64,000 nt of DNA from an uncultured Ignavibacteriales bacterium (GTDB lineage: Bacteria; Zixibacteria; MSB-5A5; GN15; JAAZOE01): the NCBI GenBank assembly GCA_964549765.1, contig CAZJWR010000009.1, positions 15,442 through 79,441 on the forward strand, in the 5' to 3' direction. Shown in pieces: positions 1 through 10,200 of this stretch. The notes under the pieces were generated by a model, which did not search any database, was not told the origin of the DNA, and worked only from the letters and a program-made list of their open reading frames with translations. Numbering within the stretch: position 1 is the first letter of the stretch; each line of letters opens with the position of its first letter. The position numbers and the translations under genes are program-made.

Positions 1-1
1 G

Positions 2-205
2 GCCGCCGTGTACGGGATATTCATGACACCGATCGGGTGGAAATGGGCATTGGTCGTCTGGGGATACGCGTCGGCCTGGTTTTTCGTCAATGATTTAGTC
101 AAGCTGGCGGCATACAAGATCGTGGGGAAGGGACATGAAGGCCTGGCGTTCAAGACCGCCGGAACGCGCGATTCCAATATGGTTCATATGAGGATACAAA
201 AATGA
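2..205 (+). CDS. P-type cation/proton ATPase, extreme C-terminus (5' part outside window)
   Basis: Frame open from base 2 to the stop at 203-205. The last hydrophobic helix PIGWKWALVVWGYASAWFFVNDLVKLAAYKI resembles the conserved final TM of plasma-membrane-type P-type ATPases (recognised from memory only). Confidence 0.5.
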   Translation, partial: AAVYGIFMTPIGWKWALVVWGYASAWFFVNDLVKLAAYKIVGKGHEGLAFKTAGTRDSNMVHMRIQK

Positions 206-333
206 CATGAGACGCATGGTATCATATATCCGGAGGACCGGGACGGGATGCCTGGGGGGCGGACGGCCGGGAACAATCGGCCCGCGAGCCGGGTTACGTG
301 CGCATGAAAAGTGTTTAAACAGGAGATGAAAAA

Positions 334-1812
334 ATGAAGACACGAAGAAATATGCACTATGGATGGCGGCTTTTGGTGATGGCCGCCCTGGTGAGCGCTT
401 TCGTTGTCATCCTGATCGACCACCCCATGTTCGCTCAGGATAATATTCTGAAAGTGGTTCCCGCCGGCCAGAGGTCAATTGCAACGCTGGCCGATCTGAA
501 CGACGCCTTCGTTGATATCGCTAAAGACGTAAAACCGACAGTCGTGACGGTTTCCACAGAAAAAACTCTGACCGTGCCCGTGAATCCTTTCGGAGGCGGT
601 AACCTGTTTGACTTTTTCTTCGGACCGGGACAGGGTCGGCAGCAGCAGCCGCAGGAGCGGCAATATCATCAGCAGGGATTGGGTTCAGGAGTGATCGTCG
701 CCAGCGACGGCGTTATCCTGACCAATAACCATGTCGTTGATGGGGCTGACAGCATCTACGTGCGCACATTTGAAGGGCGCAAGTACCTGGCGAAAGTCGT
801 CGGGACCGATCCGAAGACGGATATCGCGGTACTGCGCATCGACGCCAAGGATCTGCCGCGCATCGCAATCGGCAACAGCGACAGCCTCCGGGTGGGTGAG
901 ATGGTGATGGCCGTCGGGAGTCCCATGAGCGAGGAACTGGCGTACACGGTAACGCAGGGAATCGTCAGCGCCACGGGGCGTTCGAACGTGGGGCTGGCCA
1001 CCTATGAAGATTTTATTCAGACGGATGCGGCGATAAATCCCGGTAATTCGGGTGGCCCGTTGGTAAATATGAACGGCGAATTGGTCGGCCTTAACGCCGC
1101 GATCATCAGCCGGAGCGGCGGATTCCAGGGGATCGGGTTTGCCGTGCCGTCCAATATGGCCGTGCACATCATGGATATGCTGTTGACGACCGGCAAGGTG
1201 ACGCGGGGATGGCTTGGCGTGTCCATCCAGGATGTGAACCAGCAGATCGCGAACGCCATGAAATTGCCGGAACAAACCGGGGCGCTTGTCGGCGACGTTG
1301 TCTCGGACAGCCCGGCGGAGAAGGCCGGTCTCAAGGCCGGTGACCTGATCCTGACGCTCAACGGGGATAAGATCAAGGATGCCTCGGAATTGCGCAATGA
1401 GGTTGCATCGACAGCTCCGGGAACGAAAGTCACGTTCGGTATCCTTCGGGATGGTAAGAATATGACCATTGAGGTGATGCTCGGCGAGATGCCGGCGGAG
1501 ATGGCCGCAGCCGGATCCGGCGGGATTCAGAAGGATCTGGGATTTTCGGTGCAGACGCTGACACCGGCGTTGGCCGACCAATATGGGATCGATAAGAAAA
1601 TGAGCGGCGTAATCGTGACCGGCATCGATCAGGGAAGCAACGCCTATCGCCAGGGTCTTCGTGAGGGCGACCTGATCGAGGAGTTCGACCAGCAAAAAGT
1701 GGAGACGGCTCAGAAATTTTACGCCATGGCGGCTTTGAAGAAACCGGGTGACACCATCCTCCTACGGGTATTTCGTCAGGGAAGTCGCTTCTATCTCGCA
1801 TTCAGTTTGTAA
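334..1812 (+). CDS. htrA: HtrA/DegP-family periplasmic serine endoprotease with two PDZ domains
   Basis: 492 aa with an N-terminal TM/signal segment. Trypsin-fold core includes NNHVV (His), DIAVLRI (Asp) and GNSGGPLVNMNGELVGLNAAI (Ser). Two PDZ-like segments follow (GWLGVSIQDV..., GFSVQTLTP...). Confidence 0.9.
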   Translation: MKTRRNMHYGWRLLVMAALVSAFVVILIDHPMFAQDNILKVVPAGQRSIATLADLNDAFVDIAKDVKPTVVTVSTEKTLTVPVNPFGGGNLFDFFFGPGQGRQQQPQERQYHQQGLGSGVIVASDGVILTNNHVVDGADSIYVRTFEGRKYLAKVVGTDPKTDIAVLRIDAKDLPRIAIGNSDSLRVGEMVMAVGSPMSEELAYTVTQGIVSATGRSNVGLATYEDFIQTDAAINPGNSGGPLVNMNGELVGLNAAIISRSGGFQGIGFAVPSNMAVHIMDMLLTTGKVTRGWLGVSIQDVNQQIANAMKLPEQTGALVGDVVSDSPAEKAGLKAGDLILTLNGDKIKDASELRNEVASTAPGTKVTFGILRDGKNMTIEVMLGEMPAEMAAAGSGGIQKDLGFSVQTLTPALADQYGIDKKMSGVIVTGIDQGSNAYRQGLREGDLIEEFDQQKVETAQKFYAMAALKKPGDTILLRVFRQGSRFYLAFSL

Positions 1813-1941
1813 TCCGCAGGCAGGAACCGCCATGCATTCCGCCAGAGGGAGAAGAGGGACGGCGCATCGCGCCGCCCCTCTTTGTAAATTGGGAGCCGGC
1901 AGAGGTAAAAACATGTCATACTACAAAAGATCAATAGACAT

Positions 1942-3234
1942 ATGAGCGATCCCTCGGACGCCTCAATTGGGTTTTGGGAGACCGCCGCGATCGGCGTGGG
2001 GGGGATGGTCGGAGGCGGCATATTCGCCGTGCTAGGACTGTCGGTGGAACAGGCGCGGGGCGGGTCGACCATAGCTTTCGCCATCGCCGGAGTTGTGGCG
2101 CTGCTGACGGCATATTCATACACGCGGTTGTCGGTGACGTTTCCCAGCCAAGGAGGGACGGTGACGTTTCTCGACAAAGCGTTCGGAGAGGGAATCTTCA
2201 TCGGCAGCGTCAATATTCTGTTATGGCAGTCATACATCGTTATGCTGTCGCTGTATGCGTTCGCCTTCGGGAGCTATGGCGCGACTTTCGGCCCGGAAAG
2301 TATCCAGCCGCTGTTGAAACATATACTCATGTCGGCCGGTATCGTCATCATTTCGGTCTTGAATGTGTTTGGGGCGCGCGTTATCGGCGAAGCCGAAGGC
2401 GCCATCGTGGCCACAAAGCTGGCGATATTGTTGTTTTTCGTGGGCGTGGGCATCTTCGGAATCAATACCGGCCGACTGGCTCCGGCTGCGTGGTCGCCGC
2501 CTCTAGCCATCATTGCGGGCGGCATGCTAATTTTCCTGGCGTATGAGGGTTTCGAATTGATCGCCAATACTGCCGGCGACGTCGTGAATCCGCAAAAGAC
2601 ATTGCCGAGGGCGTATTACGGTTCGGTCATCTTCGTAATCGTTCTGTATATCCTGGTGGCCGCCGTTACCGTGGGCAACTTGCCGGTGGCGAAGATCGTC
2701 GGGGCCAAGGACTATGCATTGGCGGAAGCGGCCCGACCGTTTCTGGGGACGGCCGGATTCATCCTGATAGCCACGGCGGCGGTGTTGTCGACGGCGTCGG
2801 CAATCAATGCGACCATTTACGGGGCGGCGCGGATGAGTTATACGATCGCCAAGGACGGCGAACTGCCGCCGTTTCTGGAGCGGAAGGTCTGGCGGCGTGG
2901 GCGCGAAGGTCTGCTGATCACATCCGGCATTACTTTGGTGGTCGCGAATCTGTTTAACTTATCCAGCATATCGATGATGGGAAGCGCCGGATTCCTCGTG
3001 ATTTTCGCGGCCGTGAATATTGCCAATGTTCGTCTCTATCGCCAAACCAACAGCAGAGCATGGATATCCGTGGTCGGTGCGGCGGCCTGTATCGGGGCGT
3101 TGGCCGTGCTTTTGTGGCATACCGCCAAGACCTCACCGGCGAATCTCCTGGTCCTGGCGGCGATGGCGGTTTTGGCTTTTTCAATCGAGGCCGTCTATCG
3201 GATGTTCCGCGGGCGGAATGTCCATGTAAGTTAG
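1942..3234 (+). CDS. APC-superfamily amino acid/polyamine permease
   Basis: 430 aa with about 12 hydrophobic helices. The N-terminal GVGGMVGGGIFAVLG motif is typical of APC permeases. Confidence 0.8.
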   Translation: MSDPSDASIGFWETAAIGVGGMVGGGIFAVLGLSVEQARGGSTIAFAIAGVVALLTAYSYTRLSVTFPSQGGTVTFLDKAFGEGIFIGSVNILLWQSYIVMLSLYAFAFGSYGATFGPESIQPLLKHILMSAGIVIISVLNVFGARVIGEAEGAIVATKLAILLFFVGVGIFGINTGRLAPAAWSPPLAIIAGGMLIFLAYEGFELIANTAGDVVNPQKTLPRAYYGSVIFVIVLYILVAAVTVGNLPVAKIVGAKDYALAEAARPFLGTAGFILIATAAVLSTASAINATIYGAARMSYTIAKDGELPPFLERKVWRRGREGLLITSGITLVVANLFNLSSISMMGSAGFLVIFAAVNIANVRLYRQTNSRAWISVVGAAACIGALAVLLWHTAKTSPANLLVLAAMAVLAFSIEAVYRMFRGRNVHVS

Positions 3235-3270
3235 GCCGAAATCCATTCCTTTCACATTGTCTGTGCGTTC

Positions 3271-6200
3271 TTATCTGCCGCGCGCCGGATGGAATAGCAC
3301 GTCGGCGGCTACGAGCCGCTTTTCGATTCCCGGTCCCTGAATGGAGAGACTCAAGGCCTGGCCGCCTTTCGCCTGGAACATCCAAGCGGTGAGAGGGTGA
3401 AGCCCGGCGGACAGCGCGATGCTCAGCGAGGCCTCGTCTTCGCCGTGGATGCCGTCGTTGTCGGCATGGGTCGTGTCGCCAACCAAGAGGGCGCTGCCGT
3501 CGTCGGAACTGATGAAAAAATCATAGAGGCCGTCGCGGGGCACGTTGATATATCCGGTGAATACGAGGCCGTAGTCTTCATCTCGGGCGTAATCGGGGAT
3601 GGCGACGATTGCGGCGACGGTGTCTTTCGCAGGTGTCAACGAATCGAAATCCGGCAGTTTCGTCCATTCACCTTCATAGTACCGGCAGCGGAGCCCGGGC
3701 ACGGCACCGGCGACGTTATCCGGATGGCGCGGGATAAGCTTGGTCAACTTCAGGCTTGTTACATGCGAGTCATCGGCGCCTAATTTTATGGCGCGGGCTT
3801 TGACGGTTGTTGTCGCCGCTATCCAGAGCGGCGGCTGTTGCGAGGCGAATACCGGCGAGTGCGCCGTCGGGTCGGTTCCATCGACCGTGTAAAAAATCGC
3901 CGCGCCTGGTATGGGCGTCGTCAGGTCCACCGCCATGGAATCGATGAATGTGGTTCGGGCGGCGTGAATTTGAGCCAGAGTATTATCGATGATGTCGTAC
4001 AGCGGACGAGCCGGTCGAATATCGTCGTTCGCGACGGCAGCCGCGGTGGCGGCAACGATATGAATTCGCAGGTTGCGCGGGAATATGATCGACGACAGAT
4101 GCGGGGGAATCTCCATCGGCATTAGAAAGAGGTATGTGAAGCGATAGGCGTCGTTTTCGCCGTCGGCAGTGTGGCGATGCGTGCCGACCCATCCGACCGG
4201 AGCGCGATTGATGTAGGCGGGCTGGATTTCATCCGGGGACTCGACAAAGACGCTGCCGGCGAGACGGTTATTCCATTGGCCCAGGGGATCGGCATAGTCC
4301 TGAATCATCAAATGCCTGGTTTCAGTACCGGCGGGAGTGACGAGCACAAAGTCGGCTTCGGCCGGTCCGGCGACGGCGGCGGCGAGCATGTAGAGATGAT
4401 CGAACTCGCCATAGGGTAGAGTTATCTTCTGGCCCTGACAGCGGACAACGTTGAGCGTGCCGGAGTCGGACGCGCCGGTGACAAATGGGATACCGTGGAT
4501 ATAGATCGTATCGGGCAGGAGATCGCCGGAAAGGGTATTGCCTTCGCCATCGAAATCGCCGTCAGTGCGGTCGGCGTCGTTGCTGATACCGTCGAGATTA
4601 TATGGCAGGACCAGCGATGCGTAGGCGGGCGGTGCGGTCTTATCGTGGTTCGGCTTCTGGAATCTCACCGCGAAGGTTCTTGGCTGATTTGGTGAAAACG
4701 ATGCCAATAGCGTACTTCCGGAGAAGGCAGCATCGCCAATTGTCTCCTCGACACCGTTCAATTCACGAGCGCTTAGAATGGGGAAGGCAAAGTTCAGTCG
4801 CATGCTGTCGAGTGATTGCCCATCGAGTTCCCGCATGCGCACGACGATTTCGTCGGTGTCTTCGGCCATCTTGATCGCAGCAACCATGACCCCCGGGTCG
4901 CTGACGTCGAGCAGGGAAAACGTTTTGCCCAATTGCCCCTTATGCGCCTGCGTTTGAAAGGCAAGGAGGGGTTGATTGAAACGGGCCGCCTCCCACGGGA
5001 TGCCGCCCGTGTGCCAATCGCCGGCATGGCCGACGACGGCATAGGCGAAACGGTGATGCCCCAAATCCTGTGAGCGTTGATCCTGCACCCAAAACCAATT
5101 GTCGTAGACACCGGGCGTATGGATCAAGGTTAGCCGAATAGTCGCAGCGTCGGGATGATCCCAGCCGTATTTGCAGTCGTTGAGGACGGCAACGCCGTAG
5201 TCGTTATCCGGTGATGTCATATCCGCCCATTGATGGCCGGGCACCTCGTAGAGCTTTTCCTGATCGATGCCGCGCCGGATGGTTCCGAGGCCGATATCAT
5301 ACGTGACGGAATCGGCGGGCGTCGTAAGCGAAAACGCTGCTTTGAGAAGCGTTTCCTTTTCGTACCAGTCCACATCCGAATCGAAATCAACGCGGTTGCC
5401 GGCTTCTCCGGCAGACAGGTATATTCGCGTCCTATACGACGAAGCATCAGCTTTTTTCGTGACCTCGAGGCCGACGCGGGCCGGACCGTTTTCGATAATC
5501 TGAACGTTGACATCGGAGAATTCGATAGGGAGAGGATTGGCAATTATATCTTCGTACTGGATTTCCCACGCCGGCCACTGCTTCGGTTTGTCGTGGAGGA
5601 ATTGCAGCGTAATCGGCTTCTGCAGTAATTCCTTCGACGCCGACTTGTCATATATGGAGGCAACATCGCCGCTCTTGTCGAGCGTGACGATATACCGGCG
5701 GTCTTCAAGCCGAGTGCGCGAAACGGACAAGTCAGTGGAAATAGCACATGATTCGTTGGACGGACGTGCATCATAGACTTCATATCCGACCGGTGGGACA
5801 TTGGCGACGAAAATGACGGTCAGGCTGTCATCGAATCTGGCCGCGATCTGCGACGGAACTTCCTTGCCGTCGGGATTATAGACGCGGACATATTCCGGCT
5901 GTGAATCATCGAAGACAATCGTAGCCTCGACGATATCCTCGCGCGCCACCGCGAGCGAATTGTATACAACCAGCGACACACCCTGCGAGCGTGTATCGAG
6001 CGTGGGAGTCGCAGCCGAAACGGCGCTTTCGAGAATACCCGCCGAACGATTCAGGCAGAGAATTTCGTCATTCCACGAAAATTCATACGCCTCGGGGATA
6101 CTCGTTCCGGTCAAATCATCGTGAAACTGGTGCCAGAGAAATCTGATCCAGTTCTCGCGGATTTCGTCCCGAGGATATTCATTTGCGCCCAGAACGTCGG

Positions 6201-7215
6201 CGATCACGGAAGCTCGCTCGGCGGCATCGACCAAGAGTTCGTTTTTGCGATTCCATCGCTTCATCGCCGCCTGCGAGGAATAACATCCCACACCATGCCG
6301 GGTCATGAGCAATTCTCCTCGGTACCGGGGAAGGTTGATATCGGTATGCGATGCGACGAGGTCGGCGATATCATCGGACCCGACGTTCTGAACGGTCACG
6401 GGGCCGTCGCCTTTTATCGAGCGGTCGAGCCATGCGACCGATTCCGAATCGGGTGAGCCGCCGGTATCGCCGGTGCCGAAATATCTATAAGCGGCATGCA
6501 ACCCGGAACGTTCACCTTGCCGGTCGATAGCATTTATCCAAGCGGTGTCCCGCGAAAGATCGTCCCTGATTTTGCCGACGTAGTTTCCGGGTTTCAGGGC
6601 GGCGATAAGGGAGGAGCCGTCCACGCCTTCCCAGATGCCGATAGCGAATGGCACCCCGATCGATGATCCCCATGACAGTTTTTGGGTGGAGAAGCTTTTG
6701 AGGCCGCAGTGGGCGGCGATCGACGGCAGAGCGTAGCCGAATCCGAAGCAATCCGGCAGAAATACATCGCGACTTGTCTTGCCGAATTCCTTTTTGAAAT
6801 AGCCGTTTCCGTACAGGCAATGCCGCACCAGCGATTCGAATGACGGCATGTTTACGTCGACGGCGTCGACCCAGCTTCCCGCCACCCGCCATTGACCGTT
6901 GTCGATGTACTTTTTCAATCGGCGGAATTCATCGGGATAGTATTCATGCAACAGCATATACCGGAAGGCACCCTCGAAACTGAACACGTAGTCAGGATAC
7001 AAATCCATGAGTTTGAAATTCTCGCGGAAGGTTGCCGGGACGAATTCGTCGATTGTTTCGCGTATTGTCCAGCGCCATTGAGTGTCCAGATGGGATGTGC
7101 CGACGACATAGAGCGTGCGCGGATGGGACGCGCTCGAATCGGGTGGTGTTTGCGCCATGGACATGCCGCCCAAAGCAATGAGCAGCCCAGATAAGATTGC
7201 CGAAGTCCTTCGCAT
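3271..7215 (-). CDS. Secreted GH38 alpha-mannosidase with C-terminal chitobiase/Fn3-associated-like and PA14-like modules
   Basis: GH38 core motifs VVGTSHLDTQWRW and WHQFHDDLTGTSI. C-terminal AAIFYTVDGTDPT and GLRCRYYEGEW...GLYDFFISSDDGSALLVGD (PA14-like). Signal peptide MRRTSAILSGLLIALGGMSMA. Start placed at ATG 7215 (AAAGGA upstream) rather than the ORF-track start 7251. Confidence 0.85.
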   Translation of the reverse strand: MRRTSAILSGLLIALGGMSMAQTPPDSSASHPRTLYVVGTSHLDTQWRWTIRETIDEFVPATFRENFKLMDLYPDYVFSFEGAFRYMLLHEYYPDEFRRLKKYIDNGQWRVAGSWVDAVDVNMPSFESLVRHCLYGNGYFKKEFGKTSRDVFLPDCFGFGYALPSIAAHCGLKSFSTQKLSWGSSIGVPFAIGIWEGVDGSSLIAALKPGNYVGKIRDDLSRDTAWINAIDRQGERSGLHAAYRYFGTGDTGGSPDSESVAWLDRSIKGDGPVTVQNVGSDDIADLVASHTDINLPRYRGELLMTRHGVGCYSSQAAMKRWNRKNELLVDAAERASVIADVLGANEYPRDEIRENWIRFLWHQFHDDLTGTSIPEAYEFSWNDEILCLNRSAGILESAVSAATPTLDTRSQGVSLVVYNSLAVAREDIVEATIVFDDSQPEYVRVYNPDGKEVPSQIAARFDDSLTVIFVANVPPVGYEVYDARPSNESCAISTDLSVSRTRLEDRRYIVTLDKSGDVASIYDKSASKELLQKPITLQFLHDKPKQWPAWEIQYEDIIANPLPIEFSDVNVQIIENGPARVGLEVTKKADASSYRTRIYLSAGEAGNRVDFDSDVDWYEKETLLKAAFSLTTPADSVTYDIGLGTIRRGIDQEKLYEVPGHQWADMTSPDNDYGVAVLNDCKYGWDHPDAATIRLTLIHTPGVYDNWFWVQDQRSQDLGHHRFAYAVVGHAGDWHTGGIPWEAARFNQPLLAFQTQAHKGQLGKTFSLLDVSDPGVMVAAIKMAEDTDEIVVRMRELDGQSLDSMRLNFAFPILSARELNGVEETIGDAAFSGSTLLASFSPNQPRTFAVRFQKPNHDKTAPPAYASLVLPYNLDGISNDADRTDGDFDGEGNTLSGDLLPDTIYIHGIPFVTGASDSGTLNVVRCQGQKITLPYGEFDHLYMLAAAVAGPAEADFVLVTPAGTETRHLMIQDYADPLGQWNNRLAGSVFVESPDEIQPAYINRAPVGWVGTHRHTADGENDAYRFTYLFLMPMEIPPHLSSIIFPRNLRIHIVAATAAAVANDDIRPARPLYDIIDNTLAQIHAARTTFIDSMAVDLTTPIPGAAIFYTVDGTDPTAHSPVFASQQPPLWIAATTTVKARAIKLGADDSHVTSLKLTKLIPRHPDNVAGAVPGLRCRYYEGEWTKLPDFDSLTPAKDTVAAIVAIPDYARDEDYGLVFTGYINVPRDGLYDFFISSDDGSALLVGDTTHADNDGIHGEDEASLSIALSAGLHPLTAWMFQAKGGQALSLSIQGPGIEKRLVAADVLFHPARGR

Positions 7216-7276
7216 AATCGATCCTTTATTTGACGGGTCGATGAACTTCATTTATTGGATTTCACCAAAGCATTCA

Positions 7277-8650
7277 TCACGTTCCTTTCAGGCGAAATCC
7301 GCGGTGTTTCAAACCGTCCAGCAGCACGGCGCCGAGGATGACGAGCCCCAGGACGACTTTCTGGGTGTAGCTTTCGACATTGGTCAGATTCATACCGTTC
7401 TGGATCACGCCGATCAGAAAAGCGCCGATGAGGGTTCCGAACATATTTCCCTGGCCGCCGCTCAGGCTGGTGCCGCCGACCACGACGGCGGCGATGACAT
7501 ACAATTCGTAGGTCAGGCCATAAGTCGGCGCGCCGCTTTTCAACTGCGAGGCCATGATGATACCGCCGAGGCCGGCGAGGGTGCCGCTGACAGTGTACAC
7601 GAGAAACAGCACCAAGCGGACACGGATGCCGGACAGCCGCGCCGCCTCCATGTTTCCGCCGACGGCATAGATGTAGCGGCCCATGGTCGTACGGGTCATG
7701 ATGATATGGGCGATGATATACAAGACGACCATGAGAATGACGGCGATGGGAATTTTCAACAGCGGTTCGACGCCCCGTCCCAGCCAGATGAAACTCTCGG
7801 GCATACGGTAAATCGGTTTTCCCCGCGAAATGATATAGGCCAACCCGGCCGCAACCTGCATCATGGCCAGCGTGGCGATGAACGGCGGGATGCGGAAACG
7901 GGTGATGGTGAAACCGCTGAAGGCGCCGGTGGCGCCGCATACGGCGATACCGCCCAGGGCGGCGACGAGCATCACCCACGCCGACGCGCCTTCGCCGCCG
8001 GCGTGTTCTATCAGCCAGGCGGTAACGACGGCCGATAGGGCGATCAGGCTGCCGACCGAAAGATCGATTCCGGCCGTGATGATTACCATGGTCATGCCGA
8101 TGGCGATGATGGCAATGACCGTGATCTGGTTGGCGACGTTGCGGATGTTGTCCGGGAGGAGGAAGGTCGGCCAGCGGTACGATTTCGGGGATGCGATATC
8201 GGTCGCTTCCAACGCGGGCAACTGTGATACAATCGATCGCACTACCGGCGAGTATCCTCTGGTCGTGGCTATGATGGTTCCGGGGGAGAGGGAATCGACG
8301 AGAGCGGTCAATTGCGAGCGGACCTGAGACGGATCGCCGGTCACGATATGGATTAATGAGATACCCAAATCCTTGAGGTCGGTTTGCAGCGCGGCCGCGA
8401 AATTCCGATCTTCCTCTCCGGTTTGGGCGATAACAATGACTTCGGTCGGCAGCTGCTTATGCTTCCGTATGCTGTCGGCAACGCTGCGCGCCGCGTCGGC
8501 TCCAACCGGAAACTGATCGCGGACAGTCAGGACGGAAAACGTCAGACACAGCACGGTCAGGACGGCGAGCATGCCGTAATCGATAAGAAAGCGCGAAAGC
8601 CTGCGGCGAGCAGCGCGTTTGTTTTGATCTGAAGGGACCGTCGTATTCAT
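7277..8650 (-). CDS. Sugar ABC transporter permease (RbsC-like) with about 150-aa N-terminal extension
   Basis: The C-terminal ~320 aa form a multi-TM permease of the ribose/monosaccharide ABC type. The N-terminus adds one TM helix and a soluble alpha/beta-looking segment (EVIVIAQTGEEDRNFAAALQTDLKDLGISLIHIVTG...). Confidence 0.8.
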   Translation of the reverse strand: MNTTVPSDQNKRAARRRLSRFLIDYGMLAVLTVLCLTFSVLTVRDQFPVGADAARSVADSIRKHKQLPTEVIVIAQTGEEDRNFAAALQTDLKDLGISLIHIVTGDPSQVRSQLTALVDSLSPGTIIATTRGYSPVVRSIVSQLPALEATDIASPKSYRWPTFLLPDNIRNVANQITVIAIIAIGMTMVIITAGIDLSVGSLIALSAVVTAWLIEHAGGEGASAWVMLVAALGGIAVCGATGAFSGFTITRFRIPPFIATLAMMQVAAGLAYIISRGKPIYRMPESFIWLGRGVEPLLKIPIAVILMVVLYIIAHIIMTRTTMGRYIYAVGGNMEAARLSGIRVRLVLFLVYTVSGTLAGLGGIIMASQLKSGAPTYGLTYELYVIAAVVVGGTSLSGGQGNMFGTLIGAFLIGVIQNGMNLTNVESYTQKVVLGLVILGAVLLDGLKHRGFRLKGT

Positions 8651-8661
8651 TCCAGACTATC

Positions 8662-10200
8662 CTAAATAGCCATCGCCATGATATCTTCCTGTGAGGCCTG
8701 CGCCGCCGATTCGATTTCCCCGGAAATGCGCCCGTCGCGCATTACGAGGATTCTATCACAGATGCCGAGAATTTCCGGGAGTTCGGATGAGATGATGATA
8801 ATGGCTTTGCCTTGGGCGGCGAGATCATTTATCAGCAGATACATGTCGTATTTGGCGCCGACATCAATCCCTCGGGCCGGCTCATCAAAAATAAATACTT
8901 TAGATTTTGTCTCCAACCACCGTGCAACCAAGAGCTTCTGCTGGTTGCCGCCGGACAACTCCTCGGCCAATTGGGAAGGGTCGGCAACCCGCAAATTCAG
9001 ATCGCGGACACGGGCGCGGAAACGGGAGAGTTCGGTCCGGCGGTCGATCCAGCTCAAATGCGACCACACTTTCAGGTTCGGGAGGGAGAAGTTTTTGAGC
9101 GCTGTACCCTTCAAAATAAGTCCTTGCGCCTTACGATCTTCAGTTAGAAAACTAATGCCATGCTTTATAGCGTCGCGCGGAGTCTTGATGTCGACTGGAA
9201 TACCGTCGATAATAATCTCACCGCGTTTTTGGGAATCGGCTCCGAATAGCAGTCGGGCGACCTCAGTGCGACCTGCCCCCATGAGGCCGGCCAGGCCGAG
9301 CACCTCGCCCGATTTAACCGAAAACGAGATATCCTCGACACCGCCGCCGATCAAGCCGCGAACGTCGAAACGAACATCGCCGATGGTAACGGCCGTTTTG
9401 GGAAATTCCTCATCGAGCGGCCGCCCCACCATCAGTTCTATCAGCCGCTGGCGGGATAGAGATTTCGTCTTTTCGGTCGCGATGGTTTCGCCATCCCGCA
9501 TGATGGTAATCCGGTCGGCGATGCGAAAGATTTCATCGAGGCGGTGGCTGATGAAAATTATGCCGATACCCCGGTCGGCGAGTTCGCGAAGCACAGCGAA
9601 CAAGGCCGATACTTCGCGGGGGGTGAGAGCGGCGGTTGGCTCATCCATAACCAATATGCGCGCCTCGACGTGGAGCGCCCGGGCGATTTCCACGAGCTGC
9701 TGCTGCGCCACAGTCAGGCCGGCCACAAGGCTTTCGGGGTCGATGTCGGCCCCGAGGCGGGATAGCAACTCAGCGGTGTGCCGCCGTTCGGATTTGGCGT
9801 CGATCAGTGGCGCACGCCCGGCCTCACGGCCGAGAAATATGTTGGCTCGCACCGAAAGCCACGGGACGAGGGTGAATTCCTGATAAATGGCCGCAATGCC
9901 CGCCTTATGGGCGGCAATCGGTGAATTGAATGCGACGTGTGTGCCTGACAAGGTGATTTCGCCGGCATCGGGGGCGTGGACGCCCATAAGAACTTTGATA
10001 AGGGTACTTTTGCCGGCGCCGTTCTCGCCGACGAGGGCATGAATTTCACCTGGAAACAAATCGAATGACGCCGACGAAACAGCTACGACACCGGGAAAGG
10101 ATTTGCGTATGCCGGCCAATGCCAGCAGGGGACGGTCGTTATCGGAGGATCGATCCGATAACGGCCCGGAGGGGGGATTATCCCGGTTATTTGGCATCAC
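8662..10200 (-). CDS. Sugar ABC transporter ATP-binding protein, duplicated ATPase (RbsA-like)
   Basis: Two cassettes. Walker A is GENGAGKST. Signatures are LTVAQQQLVEIARAL and LSGGNQQKLLVARWL. Walker B motifs are ILVMDEPT and VFIFDEPARGID. It overlaps the upstream binding-protein gene by 14 nt. Confidence 0.9.
   Translation of the reverse strand: MMPNNRDNPPSGPLSDRSSDNDRPLLALAGIRKSFPGVVAVSSASFDLFPGEIHALVGENGAGKSTLIKVLMGVHAPDAGEITLSGTHVAFNSPIAAHKAGIAAIYQEFTLVPWLSVRANIFLGREAGRAPLIDAKSERRHTAELLSRLGADIDPESLVAGLTVAQQQLVEIARALHVEARILVMDEPTAALTPREVSALFAVLRELADRGIGIIFISHRLDEIFRIADRITIMRDGETIATEKTKSLSRQRLIELMVGRPLDEEFPKTAVTIGDVRFDVRGLIGGGVEDISFSVKSGEVLGLAGLMGAGRTEVARLLFGADSQKRGEIIIDGIPVDIKTPRDAIKHGISFLTEDRKAQGLILKGTALKNFSLPNLKVWSHLSWIDRRTELSRFRARVRDLNLRVADPSQLAEELSGGNQQKLLVARWLETKSKVFIFDEPARGIDVGAKYDMYLLINDLAAQGKAIIIISSELPEILGICDRILVMRDGRISGEIESAAQASQEDIMAMAI

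Noticed and set aside
685-1695. Long antisense or out-of-frame ORFs overlapping well-supported genes. Examples: 685..1695 -, 7115..8038 +, 7248..7979 -, 8678..9883 +, 20160..20921 -, 22293..23249 -, 28995..29762 +, 44471..45358 -, 48169..48948 -, 48573..49298 -, 49744..50418 -, 63204..63830 + and 63416..63997 -.
   Set aside because: Arg/Pro/Gly-rich, low-complexity translations typical of shadow frames in GC-rich DNA. Each overlaps a gene with clear family motifs on the other strand or frame.
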